DNA from: Lingula anatina
Lineage: Eukaryota; Animalia; Brachiopoda
Direction: 5' to 3'
DNA: 64,000 nt
Assembly (NCBI GenBank): GCA_051362555.1
Contig: CM120643.1
Coordinates: forward strand, 2,790,001 to 2,854,000
This document shows, in pieces, positions 51,689-64,000 of the stretch. The position numbers were made by a program, and so were the translations under genes. The notes beneath the pieces are model-generated. The model saw only the letters and a list, made by a program, of their open reading frames with translations. It was not told the origin of the DNA and searched no databases. How positions within the stretch are numbered: position 1 is the first letter of the stretch; every line of letters starts with the position of its first letter.

Positions 51689-53340
51689 GTGGAGAGTGAT
51701 AAACAAGCTAGCTCATGTTTGAAGCTTTATCGACTGATTTACCAAAAAAAGAAAAAAAAACGCTTCTAGACGACAAGACAAAATAAAATTGTTGCCATAC
51801 AAAATTACCACAGCCATCGTTATTAGTTGCTCCATGTTTCTAAAGCCCTATGAGTTGTAATGTAGCAATCAATATTGAAAGGTTCGCACTGTGTTTAATC
51901 AAAACGAAACATGCACGACGTAGAGCTCTGTATCAAAAAAGAAAACATGCTGAGTGGTTTTAACAACAGTCAGGAACGTGAGTACATGATTACCTTCATC
52001 CTGGTAAGGTGGTTCCAGTCGTAATCTAGCACTTCAATCTCGCCCAGTGATCCATCAACTTATTCAAATAATTTTAAAGCGGCGGAGAATAAAAGTCAGT
52101 CGATTTTTTAAATCAAATATTAACGTGGGAGTTAGTTTTTCTTTAACGTTGAAAATCCATTTTTGGCAGACAGGCTAATGAAAATTGTCTGTTGGATTGT
52201 TTTCATAAGTAATATATTTGTCTAGATCACAAGGATTTATCGGAAATACGGATTTTTGTACATTTGTCTAGATTTCTACACTAAATTGTATCGCTGTCTT
52301 ATATTGTACTTTTCTGTAATGTCTGACGTACATGTAGAATTATGAAATTCTTTTACTAAGGAGTCAAAATTTAAACTACCCATTCCATGCAGGTGTCTTA
52401 TATATGACAATACACATGTATAACGCCCTCTAGCGATCTATTTGTAAATAAATGAAAAACCGGAGTGCGCTGAGTGCTGTGTGCAAAATTCACAGCCTTT
52501 CGGAAGTATTTTCATCCTCAAAACTATAACAATTTTTCCATAATTTCACCAGTAAATTAAAATAGTATCTCAGCGATCATTTTGGAATATTCTCATTTTT
52601 ATGGCTGTATATAACGTCGTGTATGTCCATCTTTCAATTAAACAGCAGGTCCCAGTTTAAGGAAAATCCCTGCTTTACACTACTAAAATAGTGAAGAGGA
52701 AAAAAAAAGTTGAAAGCAAATCCAGCACCCTCTACTTGCTATCTTGACCCTGCCTCCGATATTTATTTTATTTTTATTTTTTAATTCTTTTATTCCATCC
52801 TCAGGGGTTAAAAATTATAAAATAGTACACACTTCAAATCGAACACATAATTCCCATAATAAAATCATATAATGAAATCGCTCTAATATAAGTGATAAAA
52901 TCATTCTATAAATGTGTTCAGGTTAAAATGTAAGACAGAGAAGTATTAAAATGGAATAAAATTTAAAAAGGCTTTGTTTTTTAATAAAGAATGCATGGGG
53001 GAATGGTGTAAAATTGTAAGTCGATCTGAATGGCTTATTCTACCCCTCTCTCTATTTTCGGATATATTTGGGGTTTATTATACTGCCATAGCATATGATT
53101 GTGAAATAACCTCCGGCACTAAGGCTCGTGGAGCTAACAGTGACACTGATAAGGACTTCGCTACTCTACAATGTATATTGCATATGCACTACTGGTATAT
53201 GTTTACCTGATAATAAGGTCACGCCCAGAGTGTGTAGATTACAATTTAACCCCTCTCTCTCTCTCTCTATAAAACCTGATGGCAACAAACAGAATATTCA
53301 GCACCAGACATCTGACATCTAACTTCAACTGCCCTTGTTT

Positions 53341-53510
53341 CAGGCCTGTAACCAACAGAGACCCCCCCCCCCCCCCCCCCGAACCCCTTTTTGGCGGGAA
53401 AAAATCTCCTCTGCGTAAAATTTCTCTAGGTACACAAAGGTTTCACGGTAAAAGGTCCACTACAGGTATTTCAGAAAAAAAACCTTTTGAAATTGCTGGC
53501 TACGGACCTG
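53341..53510. mobile_element. Family E element (CAGGCCTGTAACCA...TGGCTACGGACCTG) just upstream of the carboxypeptidase promoter
   Basis: TIRs; flanks TGTTT/TGTAT (4/5 TSD match). Confidence 0.75.
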
Positions 53511-53588
53511 TGTATAGTAGCACGAAGGCAATCACAATGACACGGACTTTTAGAGGCAACTCGTGATTATCATGTGACCGCACATACT

Positions 53589-53615
53589 CTATATACATTG
53601 GGGGTATTTATAGAA
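53589..53615 (+). promoter_or_regulatory. TATA-like elements upstream of the carboxypeptidase ATG
   Basis: CTATATAC near 53589 and TATTTATAGAA near 53605, 45-60 bp before the ATG at 53650. Confidence 0.4.
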
Positions 53616-53649
53616 ACCGCGCTATAGAGAGAGTAAGGTGAAGGAAACG

Positions 53650-56600
53650 ATGACAATCATGAAGGCGAACTGTATTTTTACTTCCCTGTTCGTTCTTATA
53701 CTTGGCTGTGAGTCTTTAGGTAGAATACCTGAGAGAGTTCGTTATGACGGGTGAGTGAACACAAGCTAGCTCCGATGATTTTATTTATTGAGATTACCAA
53801 CTTTTAAACTAAAGGGACCATTCCCATACCCTATCGTACTAGCTGTGGATCGATCTACCTCCCAGGAGGTTCTCGCTAAATTGCAATCAACTTCAGTGGC
53901 TTAGATGTCTGTCACGCCTACTGAAGTTGCTAGGGGTAATTAATTATCGTTTAGCAGCTACAGTAGGCGATTTAGCGAGAAACCCTTTGGTGATGGATCG
54001 ATCCTGTTATATCGAGCTGTGTAGGTATGGTAACCCAGTGAAAGATTCAACATAATTTTAACGCACATAAACAAACTCACAGACAACCAAAGTCATGTCA
54101 CCCGCTTACAGAGTAGCAAACAGTCGGAGAAAGTCACACTATTGATCTGGGATCTCAATTTCATTATGTTGAATTTTAAAGGGTGTTTGATACACGACAT
54201 ATCTGAATAATGTATTGAAATGAAATGTCTGCTTCAGCCACCAAGTGATTCGAGTGACACCACACACTGATGAACAAGTGCGTGCTCTGAGACTACTGAA
54301 AGATAACGTCTTTGTCAACAAAGTGAGTAGAAGGACCCTTTATACTCATGATGCATTTATCTTATCAAACATAAATCAAAGTGCCCTTTATCAATAAAAG
54401 ACAGCTGATGCACACATATTGAAATATTACAGGCCTGAAAAACATCTACATGTACCAGTGCTTGCACTTTCTATTTCAGCCTCGTGTGTTTTCCTAATGT
54501 GTTTACTTTTGCTTCTCTTTCCTAGATTTCTCACACGCTTGTGATCCGTGATCTGCTTTGTTTAACTCCCCTCTTGTATTAAAATTCACGTTGAGTAAAG
54601 TAAAATTCAGCCAGCGGCATTGATACTGCCCCTAGCATGTGATCCATGATCTCTCATATTCTGAATATACTGTAATTTAAGCAATGTTTTTCTGATTATT
54701 TGTGAATACGGTGTGTCTTATATTGGTTGTTCTTTTTTAAAACCAGTGTCAAAGGTCAGAGAAGAATTTCATCACTTGTTATGTTATAAGAATGAAGTAA
54801 TTTTTCTCCAGTCAACAGCTTAATATTGAAATAGTTTTTACCTCCAATATTTCGATGTCTAACAGAAATATTGGAGGTGAAAACTATTTCAATATTAAGC
54901 TGTTGACTGAAGAAAAATTACTTCATTCTTAGTGTCAAAGGCACTCTGAATCTTTTATTCTCATAATGTAGGTAGATTTCTGGCGACCTCCAACAGGAGT
55001 CAATAGAGCAGTGGACATTCAGATACCACCTGACTACCTTAAGGTCCTGAAGGGGGCCCTGAATGCACTTGACTTTAAGCCAGAGGTCATCATAAAGGAT
55101 CTGCAGGCTAAGATAGAAGATGAGCTCTTGTACAATTTGAAACAAAATGCTACTGATGAGTTTGACTACGGGAAATACCACTCACTGGATGAATTAAGTT
55201 GTTCAGTGCTTTAAGGAACCCAACACAATAAAACCAAATAATGTGCGACTTCTGAAAATTCCATTTTTGACACAAAGAACTTTTTTGTAAACTTCTGTGG
55301 TGTATTTGTTTAGTATTTAGATTCTGAAGACAGAAAAAACTTCAGAGCACTTTCCTCTAGTCTTTAAAGATTAAAAGCATTATTTAATTCACCATTGTCT
55401 TTTTGATATAGGCTAATATGTTTCAATATAACAATAATGGGACCTATGGTGGGTATAAACGGTTTTCCTCAAATAAAAATGATTGGTCTTCGCTCCATAA
55501 GGCCCAAGCTTGTATTAAAAACGTTAACACCCTCATTCGATGTCATTATTGTTATATTACCCACGTTCAGTCTGTCGTGATTTCTTAGGTAGAGGAATGG
55601 CTGAAATCTCTTCAAGAGACGTATCCGAAGCTGGTTACACTCATACCGCTAGGGAACTCATTTGAAGGGAGAATGATAAACGCCATTAAGGTCTGTTTAA
55701 TACAACTGACGGGATTTGAAAACTGGAATTAGACGCTTGGAAATGGATTCAGCATTTAGATTAAAAGACTACTTTCATTTTAATTTTAATTAAAACTAAT
55801 GTGACAGACACACTGTCCAAAAAGCGACCTATGTGTTCAAATTTTTCAATTTTTTTCTTCAACTTACACGCCCTTTTCCTGTCTGTTCAGATAAGCAGTG
55901 AGCATTCTACGGGGAAATTGTCCTTTTGGATGGACGGCGGGATACACGCACGAGAGTGGATCTCTCCAGCCACGGTCATCTACATGACAGGACAGGTGAG
56001 TAGAACGCTCTCTGGGCTTTTAGTAGGCCTTATAAACGGATTAGGCGTTTACTAGCACTAAACGCAGATTTTTAAGCACTAACATCAATATTAACCACCT
56101 AACTTACAAATTAACCAGCACTACCAGAGCGGATGGGTGTTAGTGCTAGGTTTCGCTTTGTTGGTGCTAAATAATTGTACGGTGTGTTGGTTAATTTGTG
56201 GGTTTGGTGGCTAATAAGGGTGTTTGTGATAAAATATATGTGGGTAGTGTTAGTAAACGCATAATCCGTTTATAAGGCCCGTAATAGATCAGTTTTAATT
56301 TGTCTCCCCCCCCCCTTCCCAACCCAGAAGCAGGGGCTGCAATCATTCATTAGTTCTGGTAATCTGATTGCCGTGTGCTTGACCGACACAAGTTCTTGAA
56401 TCAACACCTAGATACAATAGTGGTTGAAATAATTAACAATTAAATTGTAATCAAATTTATTTTAGAAACTATCACATTAGTCTATGTTGTTCAAACAACT
56501 GGGGTTATTAACTGATCTTTAACTAAAATTAAATACATGTATATAAATTTGATGCAGTGATAATAAAAAAAGTTCTTTCATTTCTTAATTAATCATTTCC

Positions 56601-59600
56601 AGCTTTTGTCTCAATATGGAAGCGACCCTGACGTCACGGAGTTGGTGAACGCCATTGACTGGTACCTACTCCCTGTATTCAATGTGGATGGGTATGTCTA
56701 CACGTGGGAGAAGGTGAGAATAAATTGACGTGAACCGAGTCTCTTGTTGTATGCCTTTGTTTCTGTACTACCAGGTAGATTACAGTGGCGGATTTAAAGA
56801 GGGGTGTACGGGGGGTCCTGACCCCCCCCCCCCACTTCGGTTTCTGAAAAAAATTAACACCAATGGTGCCCTCTTGAAATTAGAATTTTGACGCTAAATC
56901 ATACTCCTTAACCGTACCAAATGGCACCGTTCGCCCTCTAAAATACCAAATTTTTTCGGGGACCTTGGCTTCAGTGGGCCCCGAACTCCACGCCAAGGGT
57001 ATTGCATCTGCGCCCCCCCCCCCCCCCCTCCTTCAAATAGTCCTGGATCCGCCCCTGGATTGATTTCTTTGGTGATTTTATCTGCCGTCGCAGACAAGCA
57101 GGTCTCTAGACCCAGAAATTTTAGATGTATTTTTCACAACGCGACTGGTTCCTAACTTTAGTATATTTAGACGTGTAAATACATGTATTACCACACAAAA
57201 TAACTTCATAATAAATTTTCAATAAATGAATAAAAAATAAAAGGATGTTTGAACCAAAGGCGAATCCTTTAATTGGTTAATTATATACTGTTATAATCTA
57301 TGATTTATGTGAAATAACCGTCAGCACCAAGGCAGCAGTTATCTGCACGTGCAGTTAACAGTGGCACTGATAAGAATTTCGCTACTGAACCAGGTATATT
57401 GCATATGTACTGGTGGTGTATATTTACCTGATAATAAGGCCACGCTTAGAGTGTTTTAGGTTTGATACCAACAGTTTCAACGGGGAGGGGGTTCTAAGTG
57501 ACCCAACTTCAGTCATAAACCTTATTACATAGGAAATGCGTGGGAATTATGCCCGTCTCAACTAATGCAATCTTCCATCTGCATACTTTGCTTAAAAACA
57601 ATAATGTTGTGGTTTATTGCCGATGGCAAGCTTCCCATTTGTCATTATCTATGAAATGTTAAACTTAATGAGATGTTCACAAGAACCTGTTTGGGTTACA
57701 AGATGCAATTGCCTGGTAACGTATTCATAATCTGCAAGGTTGAGACTAATAAGAGATTGGAAAAGCGGTGGCGAGAATAAACTGCAGTGTGCATATTCTA
57801 GCACAAAAATCAAATATCTGCACATGAGATGAAAGCGTGCTTTTTGATATAAACAATATTGCGAAATTGACAAAGCCTACCTTCTGATTGATTTCATGTA
57901 ATTTGATTTCTGGTCTGGGTGTCGTTCGAAAAAAAAACATTAAAAAATTTCGCTGAATGTACATGTATGTATTAAAATGTAAATCCATTAGAATTTGCTA
58001 AAACGACATTTATTTTGTCTGTACTGTAATTTGATTCCCTCTGTACCTTTTGTGTTATTTGTCGCCCCAAGGAAATCCCTTTCCCCCACTCTTGATAAAA
58101 AAAGATACTCCATGAGGCAAATTGAAAATAATATTGGAAAAACGCATTGAAATTAGTAGAAAGGTTATTTGCAGGTAATGCACGTGGGAAAACATTTTAG
58201 CTTGGGAGAAAATAGCCGATATAACTTTTTTAACTTGTATTTCGGCATTTTGATCGACAGTTTTATAAATTCTCGAGAGCGTGGCAATGGGAGTCAACAA
58301 CGGAAGAAATAATTGGATTTTTAGATAGAGTTTTTACTGTAGCCAGCATCTACTTTAGTTATATCTTAAATTTTCAATACTCATAAATAAAGAACATACT
58401 GTGATGAAAACCCTTTTGCTTGAGCTATTTATTACCTTAATTTGATATTTTGAAGAAATTATGGTCTCAGACGCTCCAAAATTGTCTTCGTGATCTCCTT
58501 TGCATAACGAAACTCGAAGTTTTGTTCTTGTGCTGCATACATAGTCTATATCAGGCAGAAGCACTCGAAAAAAAGGTACATGTTGCTTTTTTCCATTTTT
58601 TTAAATTTTGTTTTCAATACAATTTTAATCAAAACTTTCTTTTCAACCACCAGGATCGCATGTGGCGTAAGACTCGCTCCACTCATCCGGGCACCTCATG
58701 TGTGGGAGTGGATCCAAACAGGAACTGGGACTGGCACTGGTGTGGTAAGTTATGTCATGATGACGTAAGCATGCTGAAAGGAAATAAGTGTACTCGGGGT
58801 GGTGGGAAGCTTCCTTTGAATATCGCCTCTTCTCTCCCCCTAACCCTTACATTAACGTCTACGATGTGGTCAATTTATACTCTGGATTTTTTATGGAAAA
58901 GACAATTATTTTGTATCGAATTAATTAGATTGCCCATGGTGTAGGGGCCCTAATGTATATGTCTGTAACATTTTCGTTTAGTTATGCTAATTTGAGTAGT
59001 TACTAATGGGTTTGTTTCTGTTTTCTTTCAGAGGCTGGCGCCAGTAGAAATCCGTGCTCAGACTCCTACTGCGGACCGAAAGCCTTTTCGGAAGTGGAAC
59101 TCCAGCACGTGACCAACTTCCTTGCGGCTCACAATGACACGTTGAAGTGTTACATCAATTTCCATAGTTACAGCGAGCTGTGGATGACGCCCTGGGGTTA
59201 CACGCATACCCTCCCGCCAGATTACCAGCTTCAGGTAAAGCATTTGAGATCCGCAATTTGAGATACCAGCTTCAGTTAAAGCATTTGGTTTGCCTTCATG
59301 GCGGATTTAGGGGGGTGTCATTGGAGCCCTACCTCCCTTCGATTTCTGATAAAAAAACGCACCAAAAAAAACGTCTCCTTGAATCATCGTTCTTAACCGT
59401 ACCAAATGGCGCCATTTGCCCTCCAAAACACCAATTTTTTTTCGGGTCCCTCGAGTGAGCTCCTAACCAGAAGCCAAGGGAGTGAGGGTCGGCATCGGAA
59501 TTTGAGGTCTGCCAATCCTTAAAAAAACGCCCCCCCCCCCTTCAAAAAATTCTGGATCCGCCCCTGTACCTCTTATTAATTTTTGTTTTGCATGGACTCT

Positions 59601-60681
59601 TTGCATATTTAATTCGCACACATTACCATATTTCAAATTGTCAGGCAATTTTGTAGGTCAAAATTATATGACATCTCTATGCCACACCTAGATGCACTTT
59701 TTGTCAACGTACACGTACTGGTAACTGGTCTAAAATAGCTTGTTCCCAATTTCCTTTAAATTCATATGGGTCTATACCGAGTGGAAAGCTTGCTTTAGAA
59801 TATACCTTTTAGCTGACATAGATATGAACAGGATACAAATGCTTTTCATTTTTATTATCATAACCTATTTTTTAAACATCGAAAATATCGCCTACGAAGG
59901 TCACCTTGCACTCCATAAACTACGATTTCTGATTCACTGAGTAATATGTAAAGTGGTTTTTTTTTCACACGTGTATACTCTCCTTGTCTTTCAGAACAAA
60001 GTCGCTGCTGCTGCGGTTGAAGCCCTGGCCAGCGTTAATGGAGTAAAATATGAACACGGCAGCATTGCCAATATCATATGTAAGTTTATTTATTTATTTA
60101 TTTAACCTTTATTTGAGTATTCATTGAGTCTAATTAAAATGCCTTACAAATAATTTAATTATTAAAACTAGTTTGTAAGACAAATTATCAAATATCAGGT
60201 TGGATGCAGGGATGTTACTGTATGTAGTACAAACTTTACGTTTGTGGCAACGGGTTACATAAGTGGAAATTAAAATGACATATTTTTGTTGGATAATTTT
60301 TCACTGGTGATACCTGAAATTTGGCGCTTTTTTTTTTCTTATCGCTTTAACTTGAAACAAATGAATAAAATGATTTGAATTTTGAAAATCACTGTTTGTG
60401 CATGATGAAATCGGGGTATTGTTTATTTTACAGTATAAACAGCAACCAAATATATATATTTTTTATTTTTCTTTAATCTCTTTCCATTAGATCCAGCAAG
60501 TGGAAGTAGCGCCGACTGGACATACGGGGCCTTAGGGACCAAACTCTCGTACGGCGTGGAATTACGAGACAAGGGAAGACATGGCTTCATCTTACCCACT
60601 GACCAAATAATTCCATCTGGAAAAGAGACATTTGCCGCGGTCAAATCTATTGGAAAGTTTATTATTAATAACCCAGTTTGA
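53650..60681 (+). CDS. Secreted zinc metallocarboxypeptidase, family M14A (procarboxypeptidase A/B-like), about 431 aa; exons 53650-53750, 54238-54322, 54972-55193, 55589-55690, 55891-55995, 56603-56713, 58654-58744, 59032-59234, 59995-60079, 60491-60681
   Basis: Signal peptide; propeptide (RYDGHQVIRV, VDFW); GIHAREW (Zn His/Glu); NVDGY; WRKTR; GVDPNRNW; FHSYS; [11 protein letters not shown]; ELRD catalytic Glu. All junctions are GT-AG except the intron-3 donor (TT). AATAAA at 60709. Confidence 0.93.
53814..54036 (+). mobile_element. Family A MITE in carboxypeptidase intron 1
   Basis: GGGACCATTCCCATACC start; homologous to the 7702 copy with an internal deletion. Confidence 0.8.
54787..54931. 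mobile_element. Near-perfect 145-bp hairpin (young MITE-like) in carboxypeptidase intron 2
   Basis: Arms of about 67 bp with 2 differences, an 11-nt loop (GATGTCTAACA) and TA ends. Confidence 0.85.
56026..56279. mobile_element. Palindromic MITE in carboxypeptidase intron 5
   Basis: GGCCTTATAAACGGATTAGGCGTTTACTAGCACTA...TAGTGTTAGTAAACGCATAATCCGTTTATAAGGCC. Confidence 0.85.
56783..57057. mobile_element. Family D element
   Basis: CAGTGGCGGATTT...GGATCCGCCCCTG; flanks GATTA/GATTG. Confidence 0.85.
57299..57454 (+). repeat. Dispersed repeat homologous to 53094-53233
   Basis: Shared GTGAAATAACC, TAACAGTGRCACTGATAAG, GTATATTGCATATG, TTTACCTGATAATAAGG and AGAGTGT. Confidence 0.85.
59297..59566. 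mobile_element. Family D element
   Basis: CATGGCGGATTTAGG...GGATCCGCCCCTG; interior shared with the 56783 copy. Confidence 0.8.
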
Positions 60682-60983
60682 TTTATGATATTCGTGCTAT
60701 ATCGTGTGAATAAAAAACGAAAGGAAGTTTGGATTTTCATTGATAATTCTTTTAAAAAATCATATGAAGTACCAGTAGGCCTATAGTATGAAATTTCCTT
60801 TTTACGCAACTCTTGGCTAAAACAGACACCTTTGGTATGCCTTCAACTTTTGAACAGTTCATTGTAAGGATTCTTGAAAGATTCTTGATGAAATCCGACA
60901 TGGCTCAAAATGCTTTATGTTTAGTTATGCTTGTTTCGTTTGTTGTAACATTTTACCTATTTTATTCAAGATCAGGCTATGCA

Positions 60984-60986
<3 letters not shown>

Positions 60987-61018
<32 letters not shown>
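60987..61018. repeat. Poly(T) run
   Basis: Read directly. Confidence 0.9.
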
Positions 61019-61019
<1 letters not shown>

Positions 61020-64000
61020 TTAACTTCCCTTTCAACCAAAACACCCAATGGAAATACACCATAATGATAGACATTCCACTTACGTTGAGGACATGCAGTT
61101 TCACTACCTCCGCGTGCACTTGTACCCTCTTAGTGATTGTAAGTGCCAATTAACTTGACAGTGACATATCGATACAGGCACATGTTTCAGTGTACATTTT
61201 CATTTTTTTTCTTTTTTTTTTTTCTTTTTTCTTTTTGTCAACAGTATTATTACATGTTACGCGGTGCTTGTTATTCTTCATGTTGGTATCATATTTTAAG
61301 CAGCATCATGGTGTAGTGATTTTAAAAAATAGATTGTCAAATAAAACATGAATATTCAAATATAATTATCATTAAAAATAAATTATTATTATTATTACTA
61401 TTATTATTTTGTCCTTGGGGAGTAAATCCATATAACTTTTACTCCCTCTTTCAGTGAATATAGCACGACAAACTGCAATCATCAGGGGATTGTTGTGAAC
61501 TGGAGCGTGTTTCGAAAATAACCTTGCTCAAAATTATTTTCATCAATAAACGATATGCTAGGTATCGCCAAACGTTTTTTGCATCTAAAAATAAATAAGA
61601 TAAATACTAAAATTCCACAAAATTTCTGGCAAGAGTTTCGTCCAGTGACCACAGGCCTACTCAACTACCAGACTCGGCACCTACGGATCCAGAATAAACC
61701 GGTATATCAGACCACACTACCCGTTTTCAAGGTGTATGTCAGATCGCATTACAGAGCGCTTAAAGGACAATGTTCATGTAAAAATCCATTTCTCGAATTT
61801 TGAAGATACAGCACTCAATCTATACACTAGAGGTATGTTTTAATCGATCCCCGCCATTTAAAAATTATAAAAACAATCTATTAGTAGAAAAAAAGCGTTT
61901 TAGTAAACCTCACCTCAATATGCAAAAATGAAGCAACAGATCTGGGTCACGTGGTACTGTGACGACAATCACGATAAAGGTCTATGAGACTCAACTGAGC
62001 TGCAGGTGCATACAGACGGAGAAGTTAAGGAAAGTTGTGTTGAACGGAGTTGAGGAATTTTCGTTATGCCTCGGTGTGTTGCCGTGGGATTCACCAAAAT
62101 TGCAGCTCTCGTTGACAATCTTTCTTTGTCTGTGACGGTCTTCCGTGACTTACTTACTAACTTCGGTGACAATAGTTGCGATGCTCTAGATCATGGTCAC
62201 CTCAGGTGGTTTAGATCATATCAAGAGCTGGTAGTCTTTCAGATTAACTGTCATCAGTTGGCAAACTTACTGATTGCTGATGCATTTTAAATGCATTGTA
62301 GTTGACCAAAAGCTCGTTTACAACAAACCTGTTAATTATGCACCGCTGCAATTCCCAAGCCAGGTAATAACAGGTATGAAACTCGTCTTGGTGGGCTTTC
62401 ATATTTTTCAATATATCTCATTTATTTCATGGGGTTATTTTATTGGTATTTGTAAATGACGTTAAATATCAATACTTAAACAATTAAGTTCAAACACGGT
62501 CGCGAACATTAATAAAAGAAATTGCTCTCAGGGTATCTTGAAGCTTCCGTGGAAGAAAACGTGTTGAGGAAAAACAGGAAAAAGAGCGTTATATTAAAGA
62601 AAAAATGGGAACTGCTATAATAAAATGGTTCGTTATCCTAATTCGTTTATGCTTTGAGGATTTGTTTCTGAAGATTATTTCATCTGAAATATTAAAGAAT
62701 TTAAAAGATTGATTATTTTATAACTTGAAACGCAAATTCTGCGTCAGTACGCAATTTTTTTTTTGCAAATTTGTAAGCTTATAACAACGTGCTATAAAGA
62801 TCTACTCAAGAAAAAAATTTGCTTGGGTAAAATTGAGTACGGAATGAACTGGAGACACTTGGCTTGTCATTAAGTTTACACGAAAATATGTCAGGTAACT
62901 TTATACTGTCTTTGAAAGAGTAAAGATTGAAAGATAATTTTAGACAAACTTTGACGGGGGAAATACCTACAAAGAGTAATGGGCTATTTCGCCAACATCT
63001 TGTTAAAAATTTTACACTGCAATTCTATTCAAATAAGCTAAGGAACTAATTGCCAAATTAATACTCTCATCACATAACAGGGGGGTAACCAGACCTGCAA
63101 AAATTGTACGCACATATTTAAAAAGATTACAAGCACATACAGCAAAATGTAGACTTACGCAAAACATGAAGGACAGCGTAATCACAGCAAATGTACCTCA
63201 TATAGTAGCTTAATTTCCATTAATAATAAAATCATCATTTAAGTCAAAAATATTCTTGCGATTTAATAACTATTTTAATTTACCCAGAACGGTATATTTA
63301 TTTTAAAGGCGGTTAACTGAAATATAGTTTTATGATTTGTTTGTGAAAATTGCCCATGTCACCCTGTTAGTTTGGAGGTCTAAGCTGGATCAAGTCCGTG
63401 TTAACATTCCTATGAAGTTTTGCAGGAAAAATTCTTCCTTTCTTTCTCTAGCTCCTCGATAAACCTGGTGTTCAGATTTTATCTAGTACCCCCAGGTCTA
63501 CGGGAGCTGCGCTTTGTAACTAACGCACAGGTAGATTTTTACCTGAGATAACTGGAGAAAAGCTTAGATAGAGAGTGCGTTCGATACAAGCAAGACAAAT
63601 TGAATGCCATTTAACCCTCTAATTAAGAGGTAAAGGAAGTTCCAGGTAGATGGATGATTAAGATAGGACTTGTAAAGGTAACGGGCATTGTTTACCTCAG
63701 TTTAATAAAAGTATGCAAGACGGAGTGTCAGCGGTTTAATAAAATAAATTGAATTTCACAAATAACATGGACCTCATATGCAATAATCAACATTTCCCTT
63801 AACTCATTCAAATGCAGTGTTTTATACAACTTGGGATAACCATAATGAAATGCTTGTTAAAGAAATGACTAGACGGGAAATGGTTTTACACAGCTTCACG
63901 AGGATTTAGACCCCTCGGGTAAGAGATTTGAATGAGTATAAACTTTTATCAGAAGCCAGAGAAGTCATCTTACAGGTAGACAATGCAGCTCAGTTTGACA

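Noticed and set aside
61969-62330. Coding-looking minus-strand segment
   Set aside because: Every long frame is interrupted by stops, and no motif or partner exons were recognised. It could be a decayed gene or TE but is unsupported.
63452-63530. Possible exon after a good polypyrimidine tract and AG
   Set aside because: The most plausible frame hits a stop before the donor and no product is recognisable; it could be non-coding but cannot be supported.

Overview
Intron-rich, AT-rich animal genomic DNA, probably from a marine invertebrate such as a lophotrochozoan (inferred from gene and repeat types, not proven). I spliced four plus-strand genes by hand. (1) The 3' three exons of a Cys-rich protein: an unrecognised 8-Cys module followed by a 10-Cys LU/three-finger domain with no GPI signal. 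(2) A 4-exon RGK (Rad/Gem/Rem)-family small GTPase with Arg in place of the P-loop Lys and a CRE-CCAAT-TATA promoter. (3) A 7-exon alpha-type nicotinic acetylcholine receptor subunit with two duplicated, frame-compatible signal-peptide first exons separated by a 1.76-kb foldback element. (4) A 10-exon M14A procarboxypeptidase whose intron-3 donor reads TTAAGT instead of GTAAGT; a +4/+4 splice shift could rescue it in frame. Non-coding DNA is dense in non-autonomous DNA elements (Harbinger-like MITEs, CAG-ended 5-bp-TSD elements, CCGGTGTAAC-ended elements, a Helentron-type element), plus a decayed RTE LINE, long hairpins and microsatellites. I found no rRNA, tRNA or CRISPR. Most ORFs in the supplied track are spurious. 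All family assignments rest on motif recognition; no database search was run.
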